Below, piece after piece: positions 10,501 through 17,665 of a stretch of 59,045 bases of DNA. Within the stretch, counting starts at the first letter, position 1, and each line of letters begins with the position of its first letter. This DNA comes from a virus (Duplodnaviria; Caudoviricetes). Position numbers and translations under genes: made by a program. Under the pieces are notes generated by a model, which saw only the letters and a list, made by a program, of their open reading frames with translations, was not told the origin of the DNA and ran no database searches. Where the stretch lies: positions 1 to 59,045 of IMG/VR virus record IMGVR_UViG_3300027859_000017, one strand, 5' to 3'.

Positions 10501-11793
10501 TCTTTAAAAAATAATACAGGAAATTATAACACAGCAGGTGGTTTTCGTGCTATGGAAGCAAACACAACAGGTCAAGAAAACACATCTTGGGGTAGATTTT
10601 CTTTGTTTTCAAACGTAGATGGAGACAGAAATACAGCTGTTGGTAATAGTGCATTAGAAGATAACACTTCAGGTAATAATAATCAATGTTTTGGTTATGC
10701 AAGTTTTTACGATAATACTACAGGTAGCGAAAATACTGGTATGGGTTATTTAACTGGTTATGAAAATACTACAGGGGCTCAAAACACTTATTGTGGTAGC
10801 GAAGCAGGTAGAAATAATGTTACAAGTGCATATAACACAGGTATTGGTTATCAAGCTTTATATTATAACACAGGCGAAGCAAATGTTGCTCTTGGTAGGA
10901 GAGCAGGTTTTCATATGACAACAGGGAGCTCAAATGTATTTATTGGATATGGTGCTGCTGCCGAAAGTTCAGCAGGTGGTGCTCACAGTTCAAATGCTTG
11001 TGTTGGTATTGGAAGAATAGCGTTAAGTAAACTCCAAAGTGGTAGTAACAATACTGCTGTTGGTATGGAAAGTATTAGACAAGCTACAAGTGGACATTCA
11101 AGTACTGCAATTGGTAGGTCATCATTAGAAAATATGACTAGTGCAACACAAAATACTGCCGTTGGAATGAACGCAATAAGAAACGCAACAACAGGAAGTG
11201 GTAATATTGCTATGGGTTATGAAGCAGGAGATAAAATTACTACAGGTGGTAGTAATATTGCTATTGGATATGCTGCAAATGCTGGTACTACAGGTACAGC
11301 TAATTTATGTATTGGAGATGCAGCAGGTTTTGAATTAACAAGTGGTGATAACAATATATTAATCGGTAAAAATGCTGGAAGAAATCCATCTGTAACGAAT
11401 TCATTAGCACAAGAAACTACAGGTGATAACTCAATACAAATTGGTAACAAATCACACACAAGTGCTTCTGTAAATGTTGCTTGGACTATTGTATCAGATA
11501 AAAGAGACAAAACAAATATTAGTAATTTAGATAAAGGTTTAGATTTTATAAACAAATTGAAGCCTGTATCTTACGAAAGAAGAAAAAACAGAACGACACA
11601 AGAAACAGATAATAAAAAAAGATATGGATTTTTAGCACAGGATGTTTTAGAATTAGAGGAAGAAAATCCTGTTATAGTAGATAATACAGATGCAGATAAT
11701 TTAAAACTAACAAGTGATGCTATTGTTCCTGTGTTAGTTAATGCAATAAAAGAATTAAAAGCAGAAATTGAAATATTAAAATCAAAAAATTAA
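4516..11793 (+). CDS. Long tail fibre with C-terminal intramolecular chaperone (peptidase S74-like)
   Basis: Gly/Thr-rich repeats (GNVTGDLT, GNDLxIYHDGxxSYI, NTAIG solenoid), C-terminal SDKRDK...GFLAQDV...LVNAIKEL. Confidence 0.9.
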   Translation: MKFSEFNIAVNTSQIDFIVGFKGLQNFRISPSDLVGTFSSLNFITNSGSGTVDLGTQAFTIVGSSNQIQTSGVNQTITIGLTNDITINGELTVSGSGQSSFGGQVTIPSTPVAGTDAASKSYVDSQVTVQDLDFSGDSGNGSVDLDSQSLGITGTTNQVTTSATNQTLNISLPTTVHRNLQGDVTGNVTGDLTGNVTGDLTGNVTGNVTGNADTSTGILITADNTDTSRRMVFTESSNLTDTDGRIFKDSASDFFYNPSTNKLTVGTVNGNVIGDLTGDVTGNVSGDLTGNITATSVLADGVTGTTQSTSDNSTKIATTAYVDAQAGLADTLSEVLVGGNTTGATKIEVDNTSSGIDFIDNAKARFGTGNDLEIYHDGTDSYIDEVGTGNLKLRGGDAVQIYKTGTTEIMAEFIVDSKVSLYYDNSKKFETTSLGVSVTGDVTVTGELTVSGTGQSSFGGQVTIPATPSASTDAASKGYVDDLVTAQDLDITDGTNNSSVDLDSQTLTFTETANETTVVVSAQEVTIGLPNDVTISGTYTGTTFAGQLNGTISTNTTAITQAANNNSTKVATTEYVDTSAGNYLPLAGGTMGGNIAMGGNNISGGGTATFNSFVGALTGNASTASALFNSGDITLTGDTTSTSGVSYTSGGNVAINTSISDTTVTGKLITGVNLGTSQNIAATDTILEAFGYLQAQITQLPQGLVYSGTWNANTNTPTLASGTGTTGHFYIVSVAGSTNLDGITDWQVGDWAIFIESGATDTWQKIDNTSAITGTGTNNAIAKWTGPSTLGTGLITDDGTTVTIGNSGDLLVAGDGTITGNLSWGSLTDTGESITITKFVDEADGIPSNDNDTSIPTSAAVKNYVDIQIDNFDTLAEVLANGNTTDGNNIIFGDSGAIGTDDTLMFGAGNDLRIAHNGTDSVIRNFTGGLYFDQKVVDGDIYFRADNGSGGTTEYFRLDGSFEKTVFSKDIFLNDSVKALFGNSSDLQIYHDGSNSYINETGTGSLITQASDYFLRVGGTNNTNNAIVAANAGTVTLYYANSAKLATTSTGVTVTGNIDGVGNLFLQDYIYHSGDGDTYFGFPAANEFKVTVGNSTKMFADANAAYLYYQGSSKLQTTSSGVSVTGSIDITGDYKIDGNILIGTTSTYTIIRNPEETSAIFLGDSADPSNYYNNTSHIFRSAAGAVYLTINSSSATFAGDVSLPDDKKLLLGTGNDLQIYHDGSNSYINETGTGVLSIQSDGSEVQINKGASEYMGRFITDAGVKLYYDNSLKFETTSTGIQISDAGAVKKIVSYFDGDYTSGFKFSDLNGGIWYDAGADDLYLNANHANSQIILQSGGSTTLTLDASNNATFAGSVHIDTKANSGLAYNVLIDIGSNGDGTIGYQTPTQLVDNLTGGYNGLTFADGTEALDTAAACVIATPSRSSSPDPEDYQRSFSTEFKGKAASGSPGTGSSWIGLVSMSPYRPQTSGFYTTQLGFGADGTNGDMFIRRGTTTSWGDWRKFIISDSSGNTTFAGNVNLGDDKKLNFGALPDYEIYHNSTTNVNHISSLSDRQLSINANNIFLTNQANNANFLALNSTAATFSVPLITGDITALGADFILSHPAGGTMFIRRNDTTIDEGNVIGLINFQGDDPTDGTFNTGAMIRVTAAADWSSAIYNSDIEFHTRDTCGNLFKNLTVRADGGVAIGQNNDGYAGEILSVKSGSENHVLYGESTDANCFASFRDNASTNNIEYGARGNDHVLRKDTADYFIVNNVGDVYNYQSVNKANTYYGYDAGNYDGTGGSNNAFGYSALSDITTGTENVAIGRNAGHAITTASQCVLIGHEAGDALTTGGNNTVIGSLAFSAATGQTHNVVIGRAAGQLATCNQSILIGSDAGENLQQDENVFIGYKSGRVAQAATQNVGVGTNTLYTLSSGDYNTAIGHNAGFALTTGVRNTLVGYLAGDSLGAADSNTFIGDQAGATTTTSSQNVAIGCESLQLNVSGGNLTAIGYRSLKNNTGNYNTAGGFRAMEANTTGQENTSWGRFSLFSNVDGDRNTAVGNSALEDNTSGNNNQCFGYASFYDNTTGSENTGMGYLTGYENTTGAQNTYCGSEAGRNNVTSAYNTGIGYQALYYNTGEANVALGRRAGFHMTTGSSNVFIGYGAAAESSAGGAHSSNACVGIGRIALSKLQSGSNNTAVGMESIRQATSGHSSTAIGRSSLENMTSATQNTAVGMNAIRNATTGSGNIAMGYEAGDKITTGGSNIAIGYAANAGTTGTANLCIGDAAGFELTSGDNNILIGKNAGRNPSVTNSLAQETTGDNSIQIGNKSHTSASVNVAWTIVSDKRDKTNISNLDKGLDFINKLKPVSYERRKNRTTQETDNKKRYGFLAQDVLELEEENPVIVDNTDADNLKLTSDAIVPVLVNAIKELKAEIEILKSKN
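5074..5132 (+). repeat. 24-bp tandem repeat in tail fibre
   Basis: AATGTTACTGGGGATTTAACTGGG about 2.5 copies, encoding NVTGDLTG. Confidence 0.85.
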
Positions 11794-11799
11794 ATAATT

Positions 11800-12054
11800 A
11801 TGGATTTAGAATTTACACCAGAACAAGTACAAAAACATATTACTAATTGTTTTGATAGTTGGGATATATGCGAAAAATATTCAGTGATGGAGTCTTTAGA
11901 CGAAGAACAAAATCTTGAATATTGCAGAAATATAGAACATATACAAATACAACTTAATAATGATTGGTTCGTTGATGGCTGTACTTCAGAGCAAAAAGAA
12001 AAGCTTGAAAAGTACAATACTGAAGAGTATAAAGAAATGATAAAAAAAGATTAA
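11800..12054 (+). CDS. Hypothetical protein, possible tail fibre accessory
   Basis: 84-aa acidic ORF directly after the fibre gene. Confidence 0.6.
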   Translation: MDLEFTPEQVQKHITNCFDSWDICEKYSVMESLDEEQNLEYCRNIEHIQIQLNNDWFVDGCTSEQKEKLEKYNTEEYKEMIKKD

Positions 12055-12149
12055 GAAAAATACATTATTTTTGTATTATATGTTTAAAAAAGAAAATCAA
12101 ACCACTTCAGGTGGTAATATTGAAATTGTTTATGAATACATAAATACCA

Positions 12150-12284
12150 ATGGCTAAGGGTTTTACATTTGTACATAGATATAAAAGTAAAAAAAGAAGA
12201 CCAGGTGTTCATGCAAAAACTAAAACAAGCAAATGCAAAGGAAGTAAGAATTATAAGAAACTTTACATAGGTCAAGGAAGATAA
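12150..12284 (+). CDS. Small basic protein (44 aa)
   Basis: MAKGFTFVHRYKSKKRRPGVHAKTKTSKCKGSKNYKKLYIGQGR; stop overlaps next ATG. Confidence 0.7.
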   Translation: MAKGFTFVHRYKSKKRRPGVHAKTKTSKCKGSKNYKKLYIGQGR

Positions 12285-12439
12285 TGCAAGATTTAAGATT
12301 GTACATAATAAATTCAATAGTTTTAGCTTTTTCTTTTGCAGACTATGTAGTAGATATATTAAGAATAATTTTATTAGTAGCGACTATAGTCTATACAATA
12401 AAAAAAACACAAGAACTCAATGGCAACAAAAATAGGTGA
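12284..12439 (+). CDS. Small membrane protein, holin-like (51 aa)
   Basis: MQDLRLYIINSIVLAFSFADYVVDILRIILLVATIVYTIKK..., two hydrophobic segments, in lysis region. Confidence 0.55.
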   Translation: MQDLRLYIINSIVLAFSFADYVVDILRIILLVATIVYTIKKTQELNGNKNR

Positions 12440-12728
12440 AGATACTAATGTACAGGTTGACTTAAAAACCATCGGAATCATCATAGCTGGAACTATTTCT
12501 TTAGCTAGTATGTGGTTTACATTACAGGGTGATATACAGGATTTGAATAACAAGATTGATAGTTTTAGTGGCGAGGAGTTTGTTCAAAAAATGGAATTTC
12601 AGCTAAAAGACGAGCTGGTGAGGAGCACCATAATACAAATTGAAAAATCGACAGATGGTTTAAAAGAGGATATATTAGACAATAAAGAGTCAATAAAAGA
12701 ATTAGAAGATAAAGTTTATAAAAGATGA
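12420..12728 (+). CDS. Membrane-anchored coiled-coil protein (lysis region)
   Basis: One TM segment IGIIIAGTISLASMWF followed by heptad-like region. Confidence 0.6.
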   Translation: MATKIGEDTNVQVDLKTIGIIIAGTISLASMWFTLQGDIQDLNNKIDSFSGEEFVQKMEFQLKDELVRSTIIQIEKSTDGLKEDILDNKESIKELEDKVYKR

Positions 12729-13078
12729 AGCATGTAATTTTTGTAATATTTGTCCTATTCATTTCAGCAATAACAAGCGCACAAGATATGACATTACTAC
12801 ATATAAATTCAAAATGGAACTCTGATAATGATTACAAATATCTCAAACAATTAAAAGGTGTTGAAGTATTAAAAGTAAAATTAGAGGACCAACCCCCAGC
12901 AATCAAAAATCAAATAAAATCAGTTCCAACAATTATTTTATATGATAATAAAACCCAAAAACCAAAAGGGCAATGGGCTGCTGATTTATCTTTCAAGTTA
13001 GAAATTGAGCCAGAAAAAATTCAAGAATGGATAAATAGGTCTAAGATGCAATTTACAAGAAGGTCAAGCACAAATTAA
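12725..13078 (+). CDS. Exported protein, possible thioredoxin-like fold without CxxC
   Basis: N-terminal signal peptide; IKSVPTIILY resembles the thioredoxin cis-Pro loop. Confidence 0.45.
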   Translation: MKHVIFVIFVLFISAITSAQDMTLLHINSKWNSDNDYKYLKQLKGVEVLKVKLEDQPPAIKNQIKSVPTIILYDNKTQKPKGQWAADLSFKLEIEPEKIQEWINRSKMQFTRRSSTN

Positions 13079-13084
13079 TAAATT

Positions 13085-13558
13085 ATGATTAGTAAACATA
13101 TTTCTGAAAAGGAAGCAACCAAGTCGGTTACTGCTTTAAGATTAGGCATTGACAACACACCAAATGGTGATGCAATAGCTAACATGAAACAATTAGCAGA
13201 AAAAGTATTTGAACCCCTCAGAGAATGGGTTGGTGGTCCAATAAAAATCAACAGCATGTACAGGTCACCAGCTCTCAATGAAGTTATTGGGGGAAGTTCC
13301 AAATCTCAGCATTGTTGTAAAGGTGGCGCATCTGCAATTGATATTGATGACATTTATGGTCATAAAACTAACGCTGAAATGTTTTATTGGATAAAAGAAA
13401 ATGTAAATTTTGACCAAATGATTTGGGAGTTTGGTTCAGAAACAAACCCTGATTGGGTTCATGTATCGTATATCGGCGAAGATAAAAACAGAAACAGAAT
13501 TTTAAAAGCCGTAAGAGACGATGGTAAAACAAAATATATAGATATAACAAATGCCTGA
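13085..13558 (+). CDS. Endolysin, peptidase M15 family
   Basis: INSMYRSPALN...SKSQH...AIDID...WVHVS zinc-peptidase motifs. Confidence 0.9.
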   Translation: MISKHISEKEATKSVTALRLGIDNTPNGDAIANMKQLAEKVFEPLREWVGGPIKINSMYRSPALNEVIGGSSKSQHCCKGGASAIDIDDIYGHKTNAEMFYWIKENVNFDQMIWEFGSETNPDWVHVSYIGEDKNRNRILKAVRDDGKTKYIDITNA

Positions 13559-14012
13559 AAAAAAGAAATTTAAAAATACTACAGTAGGAAAACTGCTTTT
13601 AGGAGCAGCGGGAATGATAAATCCAACGCTAGGAAGCGTATTGCAAGGAGTTACAAGTCCTAAAGATGCTATAGCTGCTATTGGTAAATCTGATGTTAGC
13701 AATGAAGATAAAATTAAATTACAACAACTTATTTATGAACAGCAAAATAAAGAATTAGAGTCGGTAACTTCTCGTTGGCAAGCAGATGCAGCAAGTGATA
13801 GTTGGTTGAGCAAAAATGTAAGACCTTTAGTTTTAGTATGGTGTATTGTTATATTTTCATTTGCTGGTATATTAGACAGCATTGATAATGTTCCATTTCA
13901 TATAAATGAAGTTTGGAACGACACTTTTGAAAAGGTCATGATGGCTACGGTTTTAGCCTACTTCGGAGGAAGGACGACAGAAAAGGCAACATCAATGTTC
14001 AAAAAACAATAA
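13551..14012 (+). CDS. Holin (3TM/GTA-holin-like)
   Basis: RWQAD..SDSWLSKNVRP, TM segments, AYFGGRT.EK; adjacent to endolysin. Confidence 0.75.
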   Translation: MPEKKKFKNTTVGKLLLGAAGMINPTLGSVLQGVTSPKDAIAAIGKSDVSNEDKIKLQQLIYEQQNKELESVTSRWQADAASDSWLSKNVRPLVLVWCIVIFSFAGILDSIDNVPFHINEVWNDTFEKVMMATVLAYFGGRTTEKATSMFKKQ

Positions 14013-14083
14013 TGAAAATATTTTTATTTTTCATGTTATCATACTTATATGGATGTGCTTTATATTATATAAATAAAAATTCA

Positions 14084-14091
14084 TAACTTTG
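14084..14091 (+). promoter_or_regulatory. Bacteroidota -7 box TAACTTTG
   Basis: Matches TAnnTTTG, 21 bp upstream of ATG 14113. Confidence 0.6.
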
Positions 14092-14112
14092 TAAAAATTA
14101 AATTAAATAGAT

Positions 14113-14376
14113 ATGGCAGAAAAAAAACCTCAAAAATTAAATAAAGAAGAGTTAGAAATACTACAAAAACTCAACAAAGATTTTCAACTTATAAAAAACC
14201 AATTAGGAGATATTGAAATATCAAAAAACAATGTTCTTAAAAATTTAAATATTATTCAAGCTATGTTTAAAGAAGAAGAAAAAAAGTTGATAGAAAAATA
14301 TGGAGATAATGTGGTTATGAATTTGGAAACTGGAGAAGTCAAACCAACTGAAAAAAAAGAAGATAGTAAAGAGTAA
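14113..14376 (+). CDS. Hypothetical coiled-coil protein
   Basis: 87 aa, ends KYGDNVVMNLETGEV. Confidence 0.7.
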   Translation: MAEKKPQKLNKEELEILQKLNKDFQLIKNQLGDIEISKNNVLKNLNIIQAMFKEEEKKLIEKYGDNVVMNLETGEVKPTEKKEDSKE

Positions 14377-14600
14377 TGGATATTAGAAAAATATCTGTTG
14401 GTCCTGACTATAAATCAGGTGCTATGCACTATATAGTAGGTCAAAAGGTATTAAATAATTCTCATACTATACATTTAATTAAGTATGATTCTGAAAAACA
14501 GTCTTTTAAAATTTATATTGAAGAGAAAGATGTTGTAGTACTATGGAAAGAATTTACTTCTACTATTCCTGTTTCTATAGAGTATAATATAAATTTTTAA
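14376..14600 (+). CDS. Hypothetical protein
   Basis: 74 aa, translationally coupled at both ends. Confidence 0.7.
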   Translation: MDIRKISVGPDYKSGAMHYIVGQKVLNNSHTIHLIKYDSEKQSFKIYIEEKDVVVLWKEFTSTIPVSIEYNINF

Positions 14601-15163
14601 TGAAATCCCCATTTCAGTTTATTGTAAAACCTGTAAATGGCAAAAGATATGATAATACAAAAAAAATATCAGGAATAGATTTTATTACAAGCACTTCACA
14701 AGAAGACCATAAATTTTCAAATCGTTATGCCCAAGTAGTTTCAACTCCTGTTAATTATTCAGGCCCTATACAAATAAACGATACTTTGTTAGTACATCAT
14801 AATGTGTTTAAATTTTATTATGATATGCATGGTCAAGAAAAAAGCGGTAAAAGTTTTTTTAAAGACGATTTGTTTTTTATTGACAATGAACAATTTTTTA
14901 TGTATAAACATAAAGACCAGTGGCATGCTCATGATAGATATTGTTTTGTAAAACCTGTTTCTACTGAAGACTCTTATATATTTAAACCTTTTTCAGAAGA
15001 GCCCTTAGTGGGTGTTATGAAATATCCAAATAATTATCTTAAATTAAAGGGTGTAAAAAAAGGTGATAAAATATCTTTTCAACCAGAAAGTGAATATGAG
15101 TTTATAGTAGATGGAGAAAAGTTATACAGAATGTTTGACCATCAAATTGCTTTACTATTATGA
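14600..15163 (+). CDS. Possible tandem GroES-like protein
   Basis: Two halves: FIVKP...AQVVSTP...INDTLLV and CFVKP...GVMKY...GVKKGDKISF...IVDGEKLYRM. Confidence 0.45.
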   Translation: MKSPFQFIVKPVNGKRYDNTKKISGIDFITSTSQEDHKFSNRYAQVVSTPVNYSGPIQINDTLLVHHNVFKFYYDMHGQEKSGKSFFKDDLFFIDNEQFFMYKHKDQWHAHDRYCFVKPVSTEDSYIFKPFSEEPLVGVMKYPNNYLKLKGVKKGDKISFQPESEYEFIVDGEKLYRMFDHQIALLL

Positions 15164-15441
15164 CCAACAAAGAAATAAAACTAGAAATCATAAAAGCTGG
15201 AGAAAGAGCGGTTAAAGAATTAATTGATGTAGCTAAAGAGAAAATAATTAAACCTGACCCTGAAGATGAGTTAGCAGCAGATAGATTAAAAAATGCAGCT
15301 GCTACCAAGAAGCTTGCTATATTTGATGCGTTTGAAATATTAAATCGTATTGAACAAGAAAAAGAAGCTCTGTCAGGTAATGAAACAACAAATGTTAAAG
15401 TAGAAACAAAAAGAGGTTTTGCAGAAAGAAGGTCAAAATAG
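15160..15441 (+). CDS. Hypothetical protein, possible terminase small subunit
   Basis: Helical 93-aa ORF directly upstream of and overlapping terL. Confidence 0.45.
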   Translation: MTNKEIKLEIIKAGERAVKELIDVAKEKIIKPDPEDELAADRLKNAAATKKLAIFDAFEILNRIEQEKEALSGNETTNVKVETKRGFAERRSK

Positions 15442-17665
15442 TTTATATAGCTTAGTTAAAAACTATATTCCTAAATCAGTAGTTTCTAATAAAAATAGAA
15501 ACAAAAGCTGGATTTATGGATATAATCCTAAATATGATGTTGTTATAATTTCTAAATCTGGAGAGATTGGAGACATATACAATATTAGTGGTCTTCATAT
15601 TGCTTTACCCAAAACACCTAAAGAATGTTTTGAAAGACATAAAAAAAAAGAAAATCAATATTGGAAAAGACATGAACTTCCCAAAGTTTTATTACGAATA
15701 CAATCTATATTTCAATGGAATGAAATGCCTGGTGACTTTAAAAATCAATGGGTTGATTATATTGAAGGAGAGTTTGACAATCGAGAACAAGGATATTGGT
15801 TTAAAAATAAAGGTATTTCTACTTATGTTACTGGAGCTCATTATATGTATTTACAATGGACTAGTATTGATGTAGGTTATCCCGATTACAGAGAAGCAAA
15901 TAGAATATTTTTTATTTATTGGGAGGCTTGTAAGGCAGACAAAAGAAGTTTTGGAATGATATATTTAAAGATAAGACGTTCAGGATTTTCGTTTATGGGT
16001 TCATCTGAGTGCGTAAACACGGGTACGTTAGCCAGAGATTCAAGAGTAGGTATACTTTCTAAAACAGGTTCTGATGCAAAAAAAATGTTCACAGACAAAG
16101 TAGTTCCTATTTCAAATAGACTGCCATTTTTTTTCAAACCTATTCAAGATGGTATGGATAAACCAAAGACAGAACTAGCATATAGGGTTCCAGCGTCTAA
16201 GATTACAAAAAAAAATATGTATTTAGTAGATGAAGATGAAATGGATGGATTAGATACCACAATAGATTGGAAAAACACAGATGATAACTCTTATGACGGT
16301 GAAAAATTATTATTATTAGTACATGATGAAAGTGGAAAATGGATAAAGCCTAATAATATTTTAAATAACTGGCGTGTTACAAAAACTTGTTTGCGATTAG
16401 GTAGTAAAATTATAGGTAAATGCATGATGGGTTCAACGTCTAATGCGTTAGATAAGGGAGGAAATAATTTTAAAAAACTATATGATGACTCAAATCCATT
16501 ATTAAGAAATTCAAATGGTCAAACTAAAAGTGGTTTATACAGTTTATTTATACCTATGGAGTGGAATATGGAAGGGTTTATAGACAAACATGGTATGCCT
16601 GTTTTGAAAACTCCTGAACATTCTGTTCTGGGCGTTGATGGTGAGGATATTTATAAGGGAGCTATAAATTATTGGAAAGGCGAAGTTGATTCTTTAAAAA
16701 ATGACGCTGATGCTTTAAATGAATTTTATAGGCAATTTCCTAGAACTGAATCCCATGCATTTAGGGATGAAAGTAAATCTTCGCTGTTTAACTTAACAAA
16801 ATTATATCAACAAATAGATTATAATGATTCAATGATAAAAGAACATTTTTTAACTAAAGGTTCGTTTCATTGGAAAGACGGTATAAAAGACACACAAGTA
16901 ATATGGACTCCAGATACAAGAGGTAGGTTTTTAATTTCATGGACTCCAAATAAATCTTTGCAAAACAATGTAATTAATAGAGGAGGGATAAAATATCCTG
17001 GCAATGAACACATAGGTGCTTTTGGTTGTGATAGCTATGATATATCAGGTACTGTAGGCGGAAGAGGTTCAAATGGCTCATTACATGGTTTGACTAAATT
17101 TAACATGGATGAAGCTCCGTCTAATGAGTTTTTTTTAGAATATATATCCAGACCTCAGACGGCTGAAATATTTTTTGAAGAAGTATTGATGGCGTGTGTG
17201 TTTTATGGTATGCCTATATTAGTTGAAAATAACAAACCTAGATTACTATATCATTTTAAAAATAGGGGCTATAGAGGTTTTAGTATGAACAGACCTGATA
17301 AATTATATAATAAATTATCTAAATCAGAACGAGAGTTAGGGGGTATACCCAATAGTAGTGAAGATGTAAAACAGGCTCACGCATCGGCTGTAGAGTCTTA
17401 CATAGAAAAATATGTTGGAATAGATTTAAATGGTATATTTAGAGATACAGACGATATGGGAAGCATGCCATTTACAAGAACTTTAGAAGATTGGGCTAGG
17501 TTCGATATTAATAAAAGAACTAAATTTGACGCAACCATAAGTTCAGGACTTGCAATTATGGCTTGTCAGAAGAATTTATATCAGCCTGAAAAAAAAGAGT
17601 CAAAAATAAAAGTTAACTTTGCAAGGTATACTAATACAGGCAATTTAAGTCAGATTATCAGATGA
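15419..17665 (+). CDS. terL: Terminase large subunit
   Basis: KIRRSGFS Walker A-like, LLVHDESGK Walker B, MGST coupling motif, FGCDSYD nuclease Asp; start codon uncertain (TTG). Confidence 0.9.
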   Translation: MQKEGQNSLYSLVKNYIPKSVVSNKNRNKSWIYGYNPKYDVVIISKSGEIGDIYNISGLHIALPKTPKECFERHKKKENQYWKRHELPKVLLRIQSIFQWNEMPGDFKNQWVDYIEGEFDNREQGYWFKNKGISTYVTGAHYMYLQWTSIDVGYPDYREANRIFFIYWEACKADKRSFGMIYLKIRRSGFSFMGSSECVNTGTLARDSRVGILSKTGSDAKKMFTDKVVPISNRLPFFFKPIQDGMDKPKTELAYRVPASKITKKNMYLVDEDEMDGLDTTIDWKNTDDNSYDGEKLLLLVHDESGKWIKPNNILNNWRVTKTCLRLGSKIIGKCMMGSTSNALDKGGNNFKKLYDDSNPLLRNSNGQTKSGLYSLFIPMEWNMEGFIDKHGMPVLKTPEHSVLGVDGEDIYKGAINYWKGEVDSLKNDADALNEFYRQFPRTESHAFRDESKSSLFNLTKLYQQIDYNDSMIKEHFLTKGSFHWKDGIKDTQVIWTPDTRGRFLISWTPNKSLQNNVINRGGIKYPGNEHIGAFGCDSYDISGTVGGRGSNGSLHGLTKFNMDEAPSNEFFLEYISRPQTAEIFFEEVLMACVFYGMPILVENNKPRLLYHFKNRGYRGFSMNRPDKLYNKLSKSERELGGIPNSSEDVKQAHASAVESYIEKYVGIDLNGIFRDTDDMGSMPFTRTLEDWARFDINKRTKFDATISSGLAIMACQKNLYQPEKKESKIKVNFARYTNTGNLSQIIR
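17614..17621 (+). promoter_or_regulatory. Bacteroidota -7 box TAACTTTG (portal)
   Basis: Within the terL 3' end, 40 bp before the portal ATG. Confidence 0.45.
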
